Virus record (IMG/VR): IMGVR_UViG_3300025253_000052
DNA: 64,000 nucleotides
Source of the DNA: a virus
Reading direction: 5' to 3' (one strand)
This document shows positions 9,099 to 19,474 of the stretch, piece after piece. Made by a program: the position numbers and the translations under genes. The stretch's first letter is position 1. Each line of letters starts with the position of its first letter. The notes below the pieces were generated by a model, which saw only the letters and a list, made by a program, of their open reading frames with translations, did not search any database and was not told where the DNA came from.

Positions 9099-12000
9099 AT
9101 GACCTCCCCAGCCAACACCACGAGCCGCGGCATCACCGTCACTGACGACGCTCGCGACATCGACCAGGAATTCGACCGTATCGATTCGAGCAACGCGCTC
9201 GAGCCGGGGAACTACTGGACGGCCAAGGTGGACGTCATGCCGTCCACCGGTGACCACGATGTGGACGAGTACGACGAGCTCGAGGGCACTCCCATCATCG
9301 CAATTGGCGAGACGCTGCTGCTCATCGAGGTGATCGAGTTCGAGGATCGCGTGCACTCGGTGCGTCTGCTGTGCCCGCCGACGAAGGGCGAAGGTCACCA
9401 CACGCTGCTCCTGGGTCAGTTTCTCGACTCGTTTACGCCGTGCAGCGAAGAAGACGCCTTGGCGCAGCGGCAGCGTGAGCAACAGGCCGTCATGAACCGC
9501 GTCTCCGAGCTGCAGACCGAGATGATGGTCACGCAGTCGAGCCCGCAACTGATGAACGAGGCCATCAAGGCCGACGTCGAAGCGGGGCTCAGGGAGTTCG
9601 AACAAAAGAGCGCTCAGCGAGCGACCGAAGAGGCGGAGGCGCGCTCGACCAAACGCAAAGACCTGGACAAGATTCATCGCCGCGCGGCACGCCGCTCTGC
9701 CGCCGCTGGCAATCCTCTGGTCGCGCCCAAGGTGGCAATGGCCAAGGACGTCGGCGGCTTCATCAACGCCGGCATCAACGAGTCCGGCGTCGAGGAGCTC
9801 ACGAAGATCGCCGGCCAGCGCGCCGTCGTGGCCAACGCTACCGCCAACTGGCTGAGCACCAAGGCTGGCGAAATCGCCAAGACCCTCTCGCGCCTGGCCC
9901 CGTTCGTCAAAGAACGTGCGGCCGTCGCCTTGGCCCGAAGCTCGGCGGCGGTTGCGATGGCCGAGCGTATCAAGCGCGGCATCACGTCGCTCGACCTGTA
10001 CACCGGCAAAGCGGTCGAGGTGTACGACGTGTGCGTGGGCCGCGAGGCGCCCGAGACCGAGAAGCTGACGCTCGTGCAGTCCAAGCGCATCGCAATGCAA
10101 GAGCTCGCCGCCTGGGACGACGTGACCGAAGACTTCGACTTCGAAAACAAGAAGGAATTCTTCACCGCGCTAGCGACCAACTCCAAGCTCTTGAACCAAG
10201 TGCTGCCCACGCCTCGCTGCGTCGTGAGCATCGCCATGCGCGACACCGACAAGAGCTACGGCAACTGGGCCGCTGATCTGGCCAACAACCTGGTCAACCA
10301 GCGCGTGTTCCTGCTCGTGCGCAACGGAGAGAATGTCCACGCGGTCTACTCGAGCTCCGCGTCGCACGAAGGTGTCCCTCGCCTGTTCCCCACCAATGAC
10401 GACATGGATCGCCCCTTCCGAGGCCTGGACGGCTCTCGTGTGTCGATCCGCGACGTTCAGTTTGGCGAGCGCATGGAGCGCTTCGAGAACCTGGCGCTGT
10501 GCTACCGCCGTTTCCTGATCCTGCTGTGCGGCCTCGATCATCGCCTGGGGCTTCTTGGCCGCTTCTACCCTCCCGCCGAGCAGATGAACTTCATGACGGC
10601 GAAGTTCCAGGAGGACTACTTCCACTTCCTCGCCGACGACGAGACGTCGCGCTTGATCGGCGACAAGCTGCCAAGCCTCGAGTCCTGGTTTGCGCAGAAG
10701 AACAAACACCTCCAGTCAGGCTCGCGTGTCTTCCTCATGCGTGGCGAGAACCTGACCAAGGCGAGCCCTGCCCTCACGATTCGTGAGAACAGCCTGCGGA
10801 TCAATGACGAATCGCTGATCGAAGCGCGCACCGTTGCGCGCGAAGGCGACAAGCTGTACGTGACGGTGCAATCGCACGACATGCGCTACGGCGAACCGGG
10901 CCCGATGGTCAAGGTCTACCTGTCGCTCATGGACATCCAGAAGGCGTCGCGCGCCTGGTGGGTGTGCATCGACGGCGTCGACGTGCAAGAGGTTCGCCGC
11001 TTCCGACACAGCCGCGTCAATCGTGCGCTGGGCACGAGCTACCTGCTGCTGCTGCGGCGTCTCGAACGGCACCTTGACGCCGAGCGCGTTGAGCAGGCCG
11101 ACGCGCGCGCTTACCTGAAGGCGCAGGCCATCGAGCACGGTGGCCTGCAAGAAGCAGAAGTCGACGCGCAGCTGGACACCGCGATCCGAAACTGGCGCGC
11201 GAGCCGCCGCGGCGCCCCGCTTCCCCCGGCAACTGACCTCAAGAGCCTCAACGAGGTGTTGAGCCTGCTGATGCCGCCTGGCCGTAGCACTCAGACGCTG
11301 GACAAGATGCTCGATGCCTATCTCGCCAGCACCGGCTCTGAGCCCCTGCTGCTGACGCGCTCGGGCAAGGCCAAGCTCATGCTCTACGTCGTTGCGTCGG
11401 AAGAGGATAAGGCGCAGTACCCGAATGTCCTGAACTGGCGTTGGGTCAAGCGGATTACGCTCGAGGCCGGGAAGACCAAGCTCAAGGTCGGTGCGGCGGC
11501 CATGGTCTGGCTGCTGGACGTGTTGCCGGCTTCCGAGGTGGTCATCCGCGAGTGGCCCGGACTGCCTGAATGGCAGAACAAGGATGCTGAGCCCCTGCCG
11601 ATCAAGGTCTACGAGAAAGTGCGCCAACGCCTGCAGGGCGCTCAGGAGTGGGCACCGATCTTGCGCGCCGGCTTCGGCGCCGGCTTCCCTGAGCCGATGT
11701 TCCAGACGCTGCTGGAGGCGATCAGCGATGCCATTGTGAAGGCCAGGGAATCGACGATGCCCGACTTGACCCTGGCAATCCCCATCGGTGTGACGAGCGC
11801 CGACGGTGTCAAGATGCATTCGGCCTACATGAAGGCGCATGCAGATCGCGTCCTGTACGCCTACGGCAATGAGAGCCAGCGCGCACGAGTGCTCGGGTTC
11901 TTCGACTCGATCACGACCATCCATTCTCGCCACAACATCCGCGCCCTGGTCAAGACGAAGCCGACCTGGGTTGCCATCTCGACTCACTCGACGCACGACA

Positions 12001-12554
12001 TCGGGCATACCGACGTGTCGCCGCGCAGCTACCTTGACTACCAGACGAAGCGTCCGGAATGGCTCAGCCGCAGCGGTCTGCGGAACGTCAAGCGCAAGGA
12101 AGCGTTCTTCAGCCACGAAAAGGAGGCAATGCGTCAGCCCGGCCCCAAGACAAAACGTCACGAGTTCGAAATCTCGCTTGACCGGGGCATCGAAGAACTC
12201 ATGGGAGTGTCGACCCGAGCCGCCCGTCGCAGCTTCTACCGGAAGCAAAAGAGTGCTGCCGACGCCGGTGTTCATGCCTGGGTGCGCAACCACCGCTGGA
12301 GTGACGAGTTCCGCGACCAGTTCAGCCGCGACGATGACGTGAATCTGACTGAGCTCGACCCCAAGAGCGACTTCGCTCGCGGAGCGCGGATGGAACGCCG
12401 CCGCCTCCTGGCGCCCCGCTACCAGCACACGCTGCGCGCTGAACTGTCGCCTCTGATCTGGAACGGCACGCGGGCTCACGCCAACGCAGTGTTCAGGGCG
12501 CCCCTGATGCGCTTTGGCGTGAAGGTCGACAAGAAGCACCGCGGCGACAATTGA
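9099..12554 (+). CDS. Large hypothetical protein (1151 aa) with N-terminal coiled coil
   Basis: Long ORF with GC3-biased codons; directly upstream of the DNA methyltransferase. Confidence 0.85.
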   Translation: MTSPANTTSRGITVTDDARDIDQEFDRIDSSNALEPGNYWTAKVDVMPSTGDHDVDEYDELEGTPIIAIGETLLLIEVIEFEDRVHSVRLLCPPTKGEGHHTLLLGQFLDSFTPCSEEDALAQRQREQQAVMNRVSELQTEMMVTQSSPQLMNEAIKADVEAGLREFEQKSAQRATEEAEARSTKRKDLDKIHRRAARRSAAAGNPLVAPKVAMAKDVGGFINAGINESGVEELTKIAGQRAVVANATANWLSTKAGEIAKTLSRLAPFVKERAAVALARSSAAVAMAERIKRGITSLDLYTGKAVEVYDVCVGREAPETEKLTLVQSKRIAMQELAAWDDVTEDFDFENKKEFFTALATNSKLLNQVLPTPRCVVSIAMRDTDKSYGNWAADLANNLVNQRVFLLVRNGENVHAVYSSSASHEGVPRLFPTNDDMDRPFRGLDGSRVSIRDVQFGERMERFENLALCYRRFLILLCGLDHRLGLLGRFYPPAEQMNFMTAKFQEDYFHFLADDETSRLIGDKLPSLESWFAQKNKHLQSGSRVFLMRGENLTKASPALTIRENSLRINDESLIEARTVAREGDKLYVTVQSHDMRYGEPGPMVKVYLSLMDIQKASRAWWVCIDGVDVQEVRRFRHSRVNRALGTSYLLLLRRLERHLDAERVEQADARAYLKAQAIEHGGLQEAEVDAQLDTAIRNWRASRRGAPLPPATDLKSLNEVLSLLMPPGRSTQTLDKMLDAYLASTGSEPLLLTRSGKAKLMLYVVASEEDKAQYPNVLNWRWVKRITLEAGKTKLKVGAAAMVWLLDVLPASEVVIREWPGLPEWQNKDAEPLPIKVYEKVRQRLQGAQEWAPILRAGFGAGFPEPMFQTLLEAISDAIVKARESTMPDLTLAIPIGVTSADGVKMHSAYMKAHADRVLYAYGNESQRARVLGFFDSITTIHSRHNIRALVKTKPTWVAISTHSTHDIGHTDVSPRSYLDYQTKRPEWLSRSGLRNVKRKEAFFSHEKEAMRQPGPKTKRHEFEISLDRGIEELMGVSTRAARRSFYRKQKSAADAGVHAWVRNHRWSDEFRDQFSRDDDVNLTELDPKSDFARGARMERRRLLAPRYQHTLRAELSPLIWNGTRAHANAVFRAPLMRFGVKVDKKHRGDN

Positions 12555-12585
12555 TTTTCGAGTGGAGGTGGGCTAGCTCTAGGGC

Positions 12586-13857
12586 ATGACCGCCTCGCAT
12601 GCCTCGCCCCCTTCCCGCCAGCTCGCCCAACTTGAGCTGTTCGCAGCTGCTCGCGCCATCTATGCGGATGGCAAGCCGCGGAGCAACGCCCAGCTCTACG
12701 CCGAGCTCCAGGCCGCAGGGCACGTGACCCCGGAGCAACTGAACGAGCGCAAGGAAGTCGGGCGGGCCAAAGCGTCGGTGAGCACCATCAAGCATCGTCT
12801 GCGGTGGTGGCAGCAGTCCCTGAAGGAGCAGAAGGTGCTCGAGCGCCTTCCCGGTGAGCGCGGCGTATGGCGGATGACGGAGCGAAACAAAAAGGATTTG
12901 ACGCGGGCCAGGCCGAACGTCGTATGCCTTGGCTTCTCCACGAAGCTGGGAGCAGCCATGTGGGGCGCGTGCACGGACGTCTTCGGTCGAATGACGCAGA
13001 GCATCGCCGTGGCCATCACGAGCCCGCCCTACCCGCTTGCCCAGCCCCGCGCCTACGGCAACACGAGCCAGAACGAGTGGGTCGACTGGATGTGTGTTTG
13101 CCTGGAACCCATCATCAAGCGGTTGGCACCTGGCGGCTCCATCGCCATCAATCTGTCCAATGACATCTTCAAACCTGGTCTTCCGGCTCGCTCGACGTAC
13201 CGCGAAAGGTTCGTCGTCGCCATGGAGGATCGGTTTGGCTTGCACAAGATGGACGACATGCCCTGGGAGTCAAACAAGGCCCCCGGCCCCGTGCAGTGGG
13301 CGTCCCTGCGAAGGATGCTGCTGAACACCGGGTACGAGCCAGTGCTGGTGTTTTGCAATGACCCCCTCAACTCGTTCGCGAGCAACCTTCGAGTCCTTGA
13401 AGAGCACACGGACACGCACAAGAAGCTGCTGGCGCGTGGTGGCGAGAAGCGCACCGCTGTCAACTCCGACGGCGCCAATCGCCTGTACCCGGGCTCCTAC
13501 GGCGCGGCCACTGCTGGTCGCATCCCGCGCAACGTACTGAAGTTCGGGAACGTCTGCCCTGACCAGCGCAGGATGCGGCGGCTGGCCAAGGCCGCCGGCC
13601 TTCCCGTTCACGGCGCGAGCATGCCGCTTGCGCTGGCAAAGTTCCTGGTCGAATACTTGTCCAGGCCCGGAGACCTCGTGGTCGACCCGTTCGGGGGCTC
13701 GCAGACAACTGCCAAGGCCTGCGAAGAGCTCGACCGCCTGTGGATGACGTCAGAGCTATACGCGGAGTACGTAATGTGCGGAAGGCTGCGTTTCAGCGCG
13801 GAATCACTGGCAGCCGGTGACGCCGAAGCGGAGGAGCTGGGGTTGCAGCTTGCATAA
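12586..13857 (+). CDS. N4-C/N6-A DNA methyltransferase, beta class, with N-terminal extra domain
   Basis: Motif IV TSPPY precedes motif I VVDPFGGS. Confidence 0.9.
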   Translation: MTASHASPPSRQLAQLELFAAARAIYADGKPRSNAQLYAELQAAGHVTPEQLNERKEVGRAKASVSTIKHRLRWWQQSLKEQKVLERLPGERGVWRMTERNKKDLTRARPNVVCLGFSTKLGAAMWGACTDVFGRMTQSIAVAITSPPYPLAQPRAYGNTSQNEWVDWMCVCLEPIIKRLAPGGSIAINLSNDIFKPGLPARSTYRERFVVAMEDRFGLHKMDDMPWESNKAPGPVQWASLRRMLLNTGYEPVLVFCNDPLNSFASNLRVLEEHTDTHKKLLARGGEKRTAVNSDGANRLYPGSYGAATAGRIPRNVLKFGNVCPDQRRMRRLAKAAGLPVHGASMPLALAKFLVEYLSRPGDLVVDPFGGSQTTAKACEELDRLWMTSELYAEYVMCGRLRFSAESLAAGDAEAEELGLQLA

Positions 13858-13940
13858 GGCTCGACCATGAGCTAGCTTGAAGGTCAGATAATCCTCGTTG
13901 CGCGCAATTGACTGCCGCGTCCTCCATCGCAACACGACAC

Positions 13941-14426
13941 ATGACGATGACCACCTCCCAACAGAGTCCGAAGAATTCCCGTAGTCTCCTGGGTTATCTG
14001 TTCATCGGAGTTGTCATCGTTGTCGTCTTCGGTTTTGTCAGTCAGCGCGCCGTCGACTGGGTAAGTCAAGCGACCGACCAATCCGATGACACCAGCGGCC
14101 GCTCGTGGGTCGAGGTGTACGGCGCAATAAGCGGCGCCAGTTACTCGTTCGATGGCGGCCCCGCCAACCAGCAAGTGACGCATTTGGTGATGACCGATGG
14201 TTCGGAATACCAAGTGCTCGGCCATGCTTCGCCCAGACTCAAACCCGACGAAGGCCAGTCGAGCTACTCGCCCGACGAGCTTCTGTTGGTCACCGGTGAG
14301 AGGCCCGCCAAAGCGTGCCTGGTTCAGTCCTCGACTGTCGCCGCGATGAAGCGCGCCGGCCATAAGGACGTCCCGGTGCGGGTCACCAACGGCTGCTTCC
14401 CGCTCGTGACCAGCAAGGCACCCTGA
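13941..14426 (+). CDS. Single-pass membrane protein
   Basis: Hydrophobic LLGYLFIGVVIVVVFGFV segment. Confidence 0.65.
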   Translation: MTMTTSQQSPKNSRSLLGYLFIGVVIVVVFGFVSQRAVDWVSQATDQSDDTSGRSWVEVYGAISGASYSFDGGPANQQVTHLVMTDGSEYQVLGHASPRLKPDEGQSSYSPDELLLVTGERPAKACLVQSSTVAAMKRAGHKDVPVRVTNGCFPLVTSKAP

Positions 14427-14445
14427 GCAACCTCGAGGACAACCA

Positions 14446-14631
14446 ATGACTCTCCCACTTTTCGCAACGCTGACCGCCGCCGCCGTGGCCGCTGGCATCC
14501 TGAACGCCAAGATCATCCGCTTGAAGGTCGCCGGCAAGCGCGTGCCGGCGCTGCTGAGCGTCGAGCGCTATTTGTGCTTTGGCGGCGTCGGCATGCTCAG
14601 CCTTCTCCTCGCGGAAAACTTCGCCCGCTGA
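14446..14631 (+). CDS. Small membrane protein
   Basis: RBS GAGG; two hydrophobic segments. Confidence 0.6.
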   Translation: MTLPLFATLTAAAVAAGILNAKIIRLKVAGKRVPALLSVERYLCFGGVGMLSLLLAENFAR

Positions 14632-14901
14632 GTCGCGGCCGACCTGAGGGCTTTGCACGACGAGCATCGTCGTCAGTGATGCGACGCTGGCTGCCGCAAT
14701 CCTGCTCGCCCCGGCGCACAAGAGCGTGCGTGGCCAAGTGCCCAACTCTGTCTTCGACCAAGGGTAGTGCGGCGTGCTGGCAAGGTCAGGGTGGACGGGC
14801 TAAGGGCCGTCCCGCGTCACCCAATCTGGTGAGTGTCCGGTTCAGATGCCGTGAAAAACAGCACACATGGGATAAGCTGGCTGCGACATGGAGTCCCTGC
14901 A

Positions 14902-15183
14902 ATGCGCGCATTCGGCATCACCTTCCACCTTCCTGATCGCCACCTCTGGCTCGTTGTCGCCGGCTGGATAGGCGGACTCGTCATTGGCTCGGTCATCCAA
15001 CTGCAGACGCACGGTTCGCGCGCGCTGGTGTTGGGACTTGCGGCCGCAGGGGCCGTGACTGCCTTCACGACGTTGGCCGGAGCCGATCTGGATGCCGGGC
15101 GCCGCGGAGTCGTCTTCACTGCCGGCGCGGCCTTTCTGACCTTCGTTGTCGTCTCCGCACTAGGCCTTGCTCGGGCCGGTTGA
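14902..15183 (+). CDS. Small multi-pass membrane protein
   Basis: GGAG before ATG; three hydrophobic segments. Confidence 0.55.
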   Translation: MRAFGITFHLPDRHLWLVVAGWIGGLVIGSVIQLQTHGSRALVLGLAAAGAVTAFTTLAGADLDAGRRGVVFTAGAAFLTFVVVSALGLARAG

Positions 15184-15215
15184 ATTTGGCCGGCCGGTGC
15201 CCTAGCATCGACAGC

Positions 15216-15614
15216 ATGATGAGCCAAGGCCATACGAGCTCACCCCGCGCTGAAGCGGGGCGCCGCAACTACACGAGTTCTCCCCTGAAGGCTCGCAACG
15301 ACGCCTTGGCACTTGCCGCGCGCCTGCGCGCCGTGCGCGTGGGTGATCTGGCGGCGATGCCGCTGGCTGAGAGCACCCGCGTGACGTCCCTCGCGGACTA
15401 CTGCCTGCGCCCGCAGATGTGTGATGCGCAGATGGACGCGGATCGCGAACCGTACCTGCTCCGGCAGGACGAGTTCAACGACGGAGAGTTCACCAAGACG
15501 CCCATCTACGACGTCAGGGTCGAACAGTGCGACGCGGACGCAGGGCTCCTGTGGATCGACTTGCACGCTGGTGAAGCGCTGCTGCCCCACGACACCCTCG
15601 TCTACTGGTACTAG
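15216..15614 (+). CDS. Hypothetical protein
   Basis: ORF with GC3-biased codons. Confidence 0.6.
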   Translation: MMSQGHTSSPRAEAGRRNYTSSPLKARNDALALAARLRAVRVGDLAAMPLAESTRVTSLADYCLRPQMCDAQMDADREPYLLRQDEFNDGEFTKTPIYDVRVEQCDADAGLLWIDLHAGEALLPHDTLVYWY

Positions 15615-15689
15615 CAAAGGCGCCCTGCCCCACTTTTCGGCGACTATGGCCGCATCAGCAGAGTAACATTTAACGTATCGTATCTGCTG

Positions 15690-15718
15690 TTGACATCGGC
15701 CTGCAAGCGCCGTACCAT
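15690..15718 (+). promoter_or_regulatory. Sigma70-type promoter
   Basis: TTGACA-N17-TACCAT, about 145 nt upstream of the ATG at 15864. Confidence 0.6.
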
Positions 15719-15863
15719 GGATGTGTCCGCGCCCCTTCTGCGCGAGCCGCCAGCTGCAAGAGCGAAGCCCGAAACGGGCATGAAGTTCCCTTGAAAGTGA
15801 CTCCGCCATCCATCAATCATGGCCTGTCGCGCATGCTGGCTCCGCTCGGGAATAGGACACGCC

Positions 15864-16763
15864 ATGCATCTGTCTGAAAACGCGCTCAAGGGCGCTGCGA
15901 AGCGCTACGCGCGCAAACATTCCATCCCTTTGCACGAGGCCTCTGAGGAGGTCGCCAAGCTGTTCGGATTCCGCAACGCGCAAGCAGCGCGCACAGCTGT
16001 GGTCGCTTCGGCTGTTGCGACCCGCAAAGGGGTACCGCAGGCACCGACGACCATTGGCCCCAAGTGGAATGGTCTGGACGCCCAGCAAACGGTACGCGCC
16101 ATCCTGAACGTAGTCGCGCAGAGCGAAGTAGAGCCCAGCGTCTGGACGGCAACTTCCAAGTGGCTCAGCGCATGTATCGTCGAGCACCTTTTTGCGACCT
16201 GCGCTCGCACGGAGGTCACCACGAGTGAACTGATCGGCGCCTTCAAGCTGCCCGGCCTGATCGCGCTGTGGGGCCCCTATTACGATGAGCTCCAATCGAA
16301 CTTCGACGCCGTCTCCAGGCCGATTCGCGCTATTCACCTGTACCTCACAACCTTGCCAGCATTCGATGTCACGCGCGGCGAGGATCAACGTGATGTCACC
16401 CAAGAGCAGCACGTCTACACCATGATGGCGGTCCTACGCGCGGTCACATACCTCTCGTGCGCCCAGCCAGAGGTGCTAGAGAAGATGCTCGAGCAGCGGC
16501 CTGACGTCGTCGTCACGGTGCACCGCGGCGGCGAAGTCGTCCTCGACAAGAAGTCAATGAAGCTTCCCCTGCCCGATGATGGCGAACTATCCAGGGTCTC
16601 GAACCTCTACCTCCAGCCCCCGGAAGTGCTGCGCCATCTGCAGGAGCTTCGCGCCTTCCAGCTTGAAATGCAGGTCGGCGACCCGGACTTCGAGGTGATT
16701 CCGGCCGAGCCAGGCCCGGCCGTGAAGTGGCTCATCGACAAGTTGCCGGAAGCGTACAGCTGA
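15864..16763 (+). CDS. Hypothetical protein: small helical N-domain plus segment resembling the DotL/IcmO/TrbC coupling-protein helical domain
   Basis: LHEASEEVAKLFGFRN N-domain; YLTTLPAFD...EQHVYTMM motif. Confidence 0.7.
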   Translation: MHLSENALKGAAKRYARKHSIPLHEASEEVAKLFGFRNAQAARTAVVASAVATRKGVPQAPTTIGPKWNGLDAQQTVRAILNVVAQSEVEPSVWTATSKWLSACIVEHLFATCARTEVTTSELIGAFKLPGLIALWGPYYDELQSNFDAVSRPIRAIHLYLTTLPAFDVTRGEDQRDVTQEQHVYTMMAVLRAVTYLSCAQPEVLEKMLEQRPDVVVTVHRGGEVVLDKKSMKLPLPDDGELSRVSNLYLQPPEVLRHLQELRAFQLEMQVGDPDFEVIPAEPGPAVKWLIDKLPEAYS

Positions 16764-16922
16764 CACTGTTTCGCGGCCCGAAATGGCCGCATTCCAGGTA
16801 CACTATTCGCTACCGCGGCGATCACTGCGGAACTGAAATTCCGCCACAACTGAAGACGCCGAGCGAGGCAGCACGCCCAACACGGGCTGCCAGCATCGCT
16901 TGTCGCCTTGCGAGTCGACTCG

Positions 16923-18341
16923 ATGTCGCATCTCTCCGACTTCCTGCGCACGCTGCCGACCTGGTCGCCGGCGGGCCCGTTGACGCACATCGGCACCCTG
17001 GTTGCCGCCGACAAAGGAATCTACGGAGACTCCCAAGAGGGCCACGGGCTGTCGGTTTCGGAGTGTCCGAAAGCCTGGGAGCAGATCGCCCGCCTCGGAG
17101 ACAATCCCTGGTGGCAGGTGGACAGGCTCGACGGAAAGCCGCTGCAGTTCCTGCACTGGCGAGGACTGACTGCCGAGCAACGCGCCGAGTTGGCCAGGCA
17201 GGCAGAGAACCACGGGTTCCTTGTGCGCAGTGAGACCTATCGGCTGTGGGAGCGAGACACCGAGACGGGTCAACGCTGCTTCGTTGAGGTGGAGCACTAC
17301 AAGGAAGCCTGCGACGCGCTCGACGCCGCTCAAGAGGACTTTGACGGCAAGCCGGAGGACGAGCCAGTCCTGGAGCCGGTCAATGGGCACCGCTTGTCCG
17401 TCCACGCGATGAACTTGCTCAAGCGGGAAAAGGCGACGGCCTATGAATCCGTCGAGCTCGCCACCTTGCTGCTCGTCGAACTCGCTGCAGATCACCTTGA
17501 TGGGATGTACTGGGCCGACAAGATGGCTCCTGCGGCTCACGTGGCGCCGCGGGCCGTCATCCTTCCGTCGCGCCTGGACCGGATTGCACCGACTGCAGCG
17601 AACGACGTCGCGCGCCTGGGTTGTTCGGCTGAATTCGTCGCCGCGCGCGAAGAGTGGCGCCTGAAGTTCTACGAAAACGAAATCATCACCGCCATCGACG
17701 GCGCCAAGCCAGCGCAGTTGCGTGCGGCACTCGCCGTGTATCCCAAGCATCCGTGCCTGTCGCGCCGAAACGATGGCCACCAGGGAACGCCGCATCAGCA
17801 CGCGCTTCACCACGCGCTCCTGCTCACGTGCTCTTTGGATATGCCTGGCGTAGAAGTGCAGGTGGCCCAGTTGTGCGAGTGCGCTCTCGCGCTGGCGGAG
17901 CAGGACGCACCTTGCCATTACGACGACGACATCTCGCGCAACGTCGGCCCCGCGGGCGAGTTCTTCGCGTATGCATGGGCTGGCATGACCGCCGCGAACG
18001 TGATCGACGACCTGTTTCAGCAGTACCTGATTCGCGGCATGATCGATCCCAACTGGGTCGTGACCAACGTTTCGCCCCAGCTGAACGGTCTTCACGTTTT
18101 CACTGCGGCGCTCACCGCGGGCAACTCGAAGATCGCCACTCGCCTCATCGAAGCAGGCGCGGACCTCCAGAGTGTCTGCGAGATGTCCGGCTGCCGCGAC
18201 ATCATCGAGCACGCCAGCGGCTTCGAACATGCCGGCCCGGTCGTCTCGATCCTGGCCCAGCGCGCAATGCACGAGACGATGCAAGCGCCGCGACGCGATG
18301 TCGCCGCGCATGCCCCACAGCAACGTCGAGGAGCCGTGTGA
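16923..18341 (+). CDS. Ankyrin-like family protein with signature tail (..QQRRGAV)
   Basis: W..LFQQYLIRG; AALTAGNSKIATRLIEAGADL; RAMHETM. Confidence 0.8.
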   Translation: MSHLSDFLRTLPTWSPAGPLTHIGTLVAADKGIYGDSQEGHGLSVSECPKAWEQIARLGDNPWWQVDRLDGKPLQFLHWRGLTAEQRAELARQAENHGFLVRSETYRLWERDTETGQRCFVEVEHYKEACDALDAAQEDFDGKPEDEPVLEPVNGHRLSVHAMNLLKREKATAYESVELATLLLVELAADHLDGMYWADKMAPAAHVAPRAVILPSRLDRIAPTAANDVARLGCSAEFVAAREEWRLKFYENEIITAIDGAKPAQLRAALAVYPKHPCLSRRNDGHQGTPHQHALHHALLLTCSLDMPGVEVQVAQLCECALALAEQDAPCHYDDDISRNVGPAGEFFAYAWAGMTAANVIDDLFQQYLIRGMIDPNWVVTNVSPQLNGLHVFTAALTAGNSKIATRLIEAGADLQSVCEMSGCRDIIEHASGFEHAGPVVSILAQRAMHETMQAPRRDVAAHAPQQRRGAV

Positions 18342-19471
18342 TCCGCAAGCTCGACCCCACGACCGGACACGTCAGCGAGCGGGACGACATGTCCCTGCGG
18401 GCGCTCGTTGCGCAGGTGCTGCCCCGCTTGACGGATTCGGTCACCGGCACCCGCGACGGCGCGAACGTCTACACGTTCGACCGCGACGGCTTTCGCCGCT
18501 TTTGCAGGGCCGTTGAATTCGAGCTTTGGCAGAGCCGCGCGGAACTGGCGCTCGACACCGGCGCACTGACGCGCCACCTTGCCGGCCACCTTTGGCCCAA
18601 GGATGCGCAGCAGCCGGTGCCCACTGATGCGTCCATGCTGAACGCCCTGGTCAATGCAGGCGCTGCGATGGCGGGCCTCGACGAGCCGCCTTATGCGACA
18701 TCGAACATCGCCGGTTCCTTCAGGCACCTGACCGCCGAAGAGCTCGTCTTGCAGCTTCGCTGCATGCGCAAGTTGTCCTGGGACGCCCCCTTCTGGGGCC
18801 GCTCCGAGACCCCTGTCGAAGACACCGCCATCCTCGAGGCCACGGTCTCTTTGCAGCCGGCGCTGCTGCGCCGGGCCTTGGAACGGTGTCCGCACAGCCC
18901 CGTACTCACGCGCGCGAGCAGCCGACTTCAGTCCAGCCCACCCTACTACTGCGCACAGTTCCTCCTGAGGTACGCCGAGGAAGAGAACACCGGTCGCGAG
19001 TTTGCCGAAGTCGTCAGCTGCATGACCATGCTGCTGGATCGCGGAGCCACCTTCGACGCCGGCGTGCACGCCAAGCCAGTCGCACAGCTCCTGCTGGACG
19101 CTGACTGGGGCGAGTTTTCGGATCGAGTGTCTTCCTTGCGCGAGGTGTTTCGCTCCCTCATTCGGCACGGGCATGTCGGCGTCAACGCGGTACTCACACT
19201 TGACAACGCGCCGTACCATCCGCTGTACGTCGCCATCGAAGCGGGCAACATTCCAGCTCTCGAGGTGCTCCTGCAAGAAGGCGCCGACGTGATTCAGGTC
19301 GCTCTCGACGCCGGCTATGACGACCCCATCGAGTACATGAGCGACTTGCCCTACAAGTACGCTGCACAGGCCAAGGCGGTCGTTACCGCGCACCTCCTGG
19401 CCAAGGCCCTCCAGGGCGGACCGGCAGCAACCTCGTCTCTGGCCGCGCGGCCGCGGCGGGCCGGCGTCTGA
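18338..19471 (+). CDS. Ankyrin-like family protein (..RPRRAGV)
   Basis: GTGA overlap start; HPLYVAIEAGNIPALEVLLQEGADV. Confidence 0.8.
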   Translation: MIRKLDPTTGHVSERDDMSLRALVAQVLPRLTDSVTGTRDGANVYTFDRDGFRRFCRAVEFELWQSRAELALDTGALTRHLAGHLWPKDAQQPVPTDASMLNALVNAGAAMAGLDEPPYATSNIAGSFRHLTAEELVLQLRCMRKLSWDAPFWGRSETPVEDTAILEATVSLQPALLRRALERCPHSPVLTRASSRLQSSPPYYCAQFLLRYAEEENTGREFAEVVSCMTMLLDRGATFDAGVHAKPVAQLLLDADWGEFSDRVSSLREVFRSLIRHGHVGVNAVLTLDNAPYHPLYVAIEAGNIPALEVLLQEGADVIQVALDAGYDDPIEYMSDLPYKYAAQAKAVVTAHLLAKALQGGPAATSSLAARPRRAGV

Positions 19472-19474
19472 AGC

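Noticed and set aside
10716..12539. Long antisense ORFs (also 18092-20074, 16803-18323, 36082-37539, 39776-41086, 44934-46181)
   Set aside because: They are shadows of GC-rich sense genes, with Arg/Gly/Ala-rich translations and no motifs.
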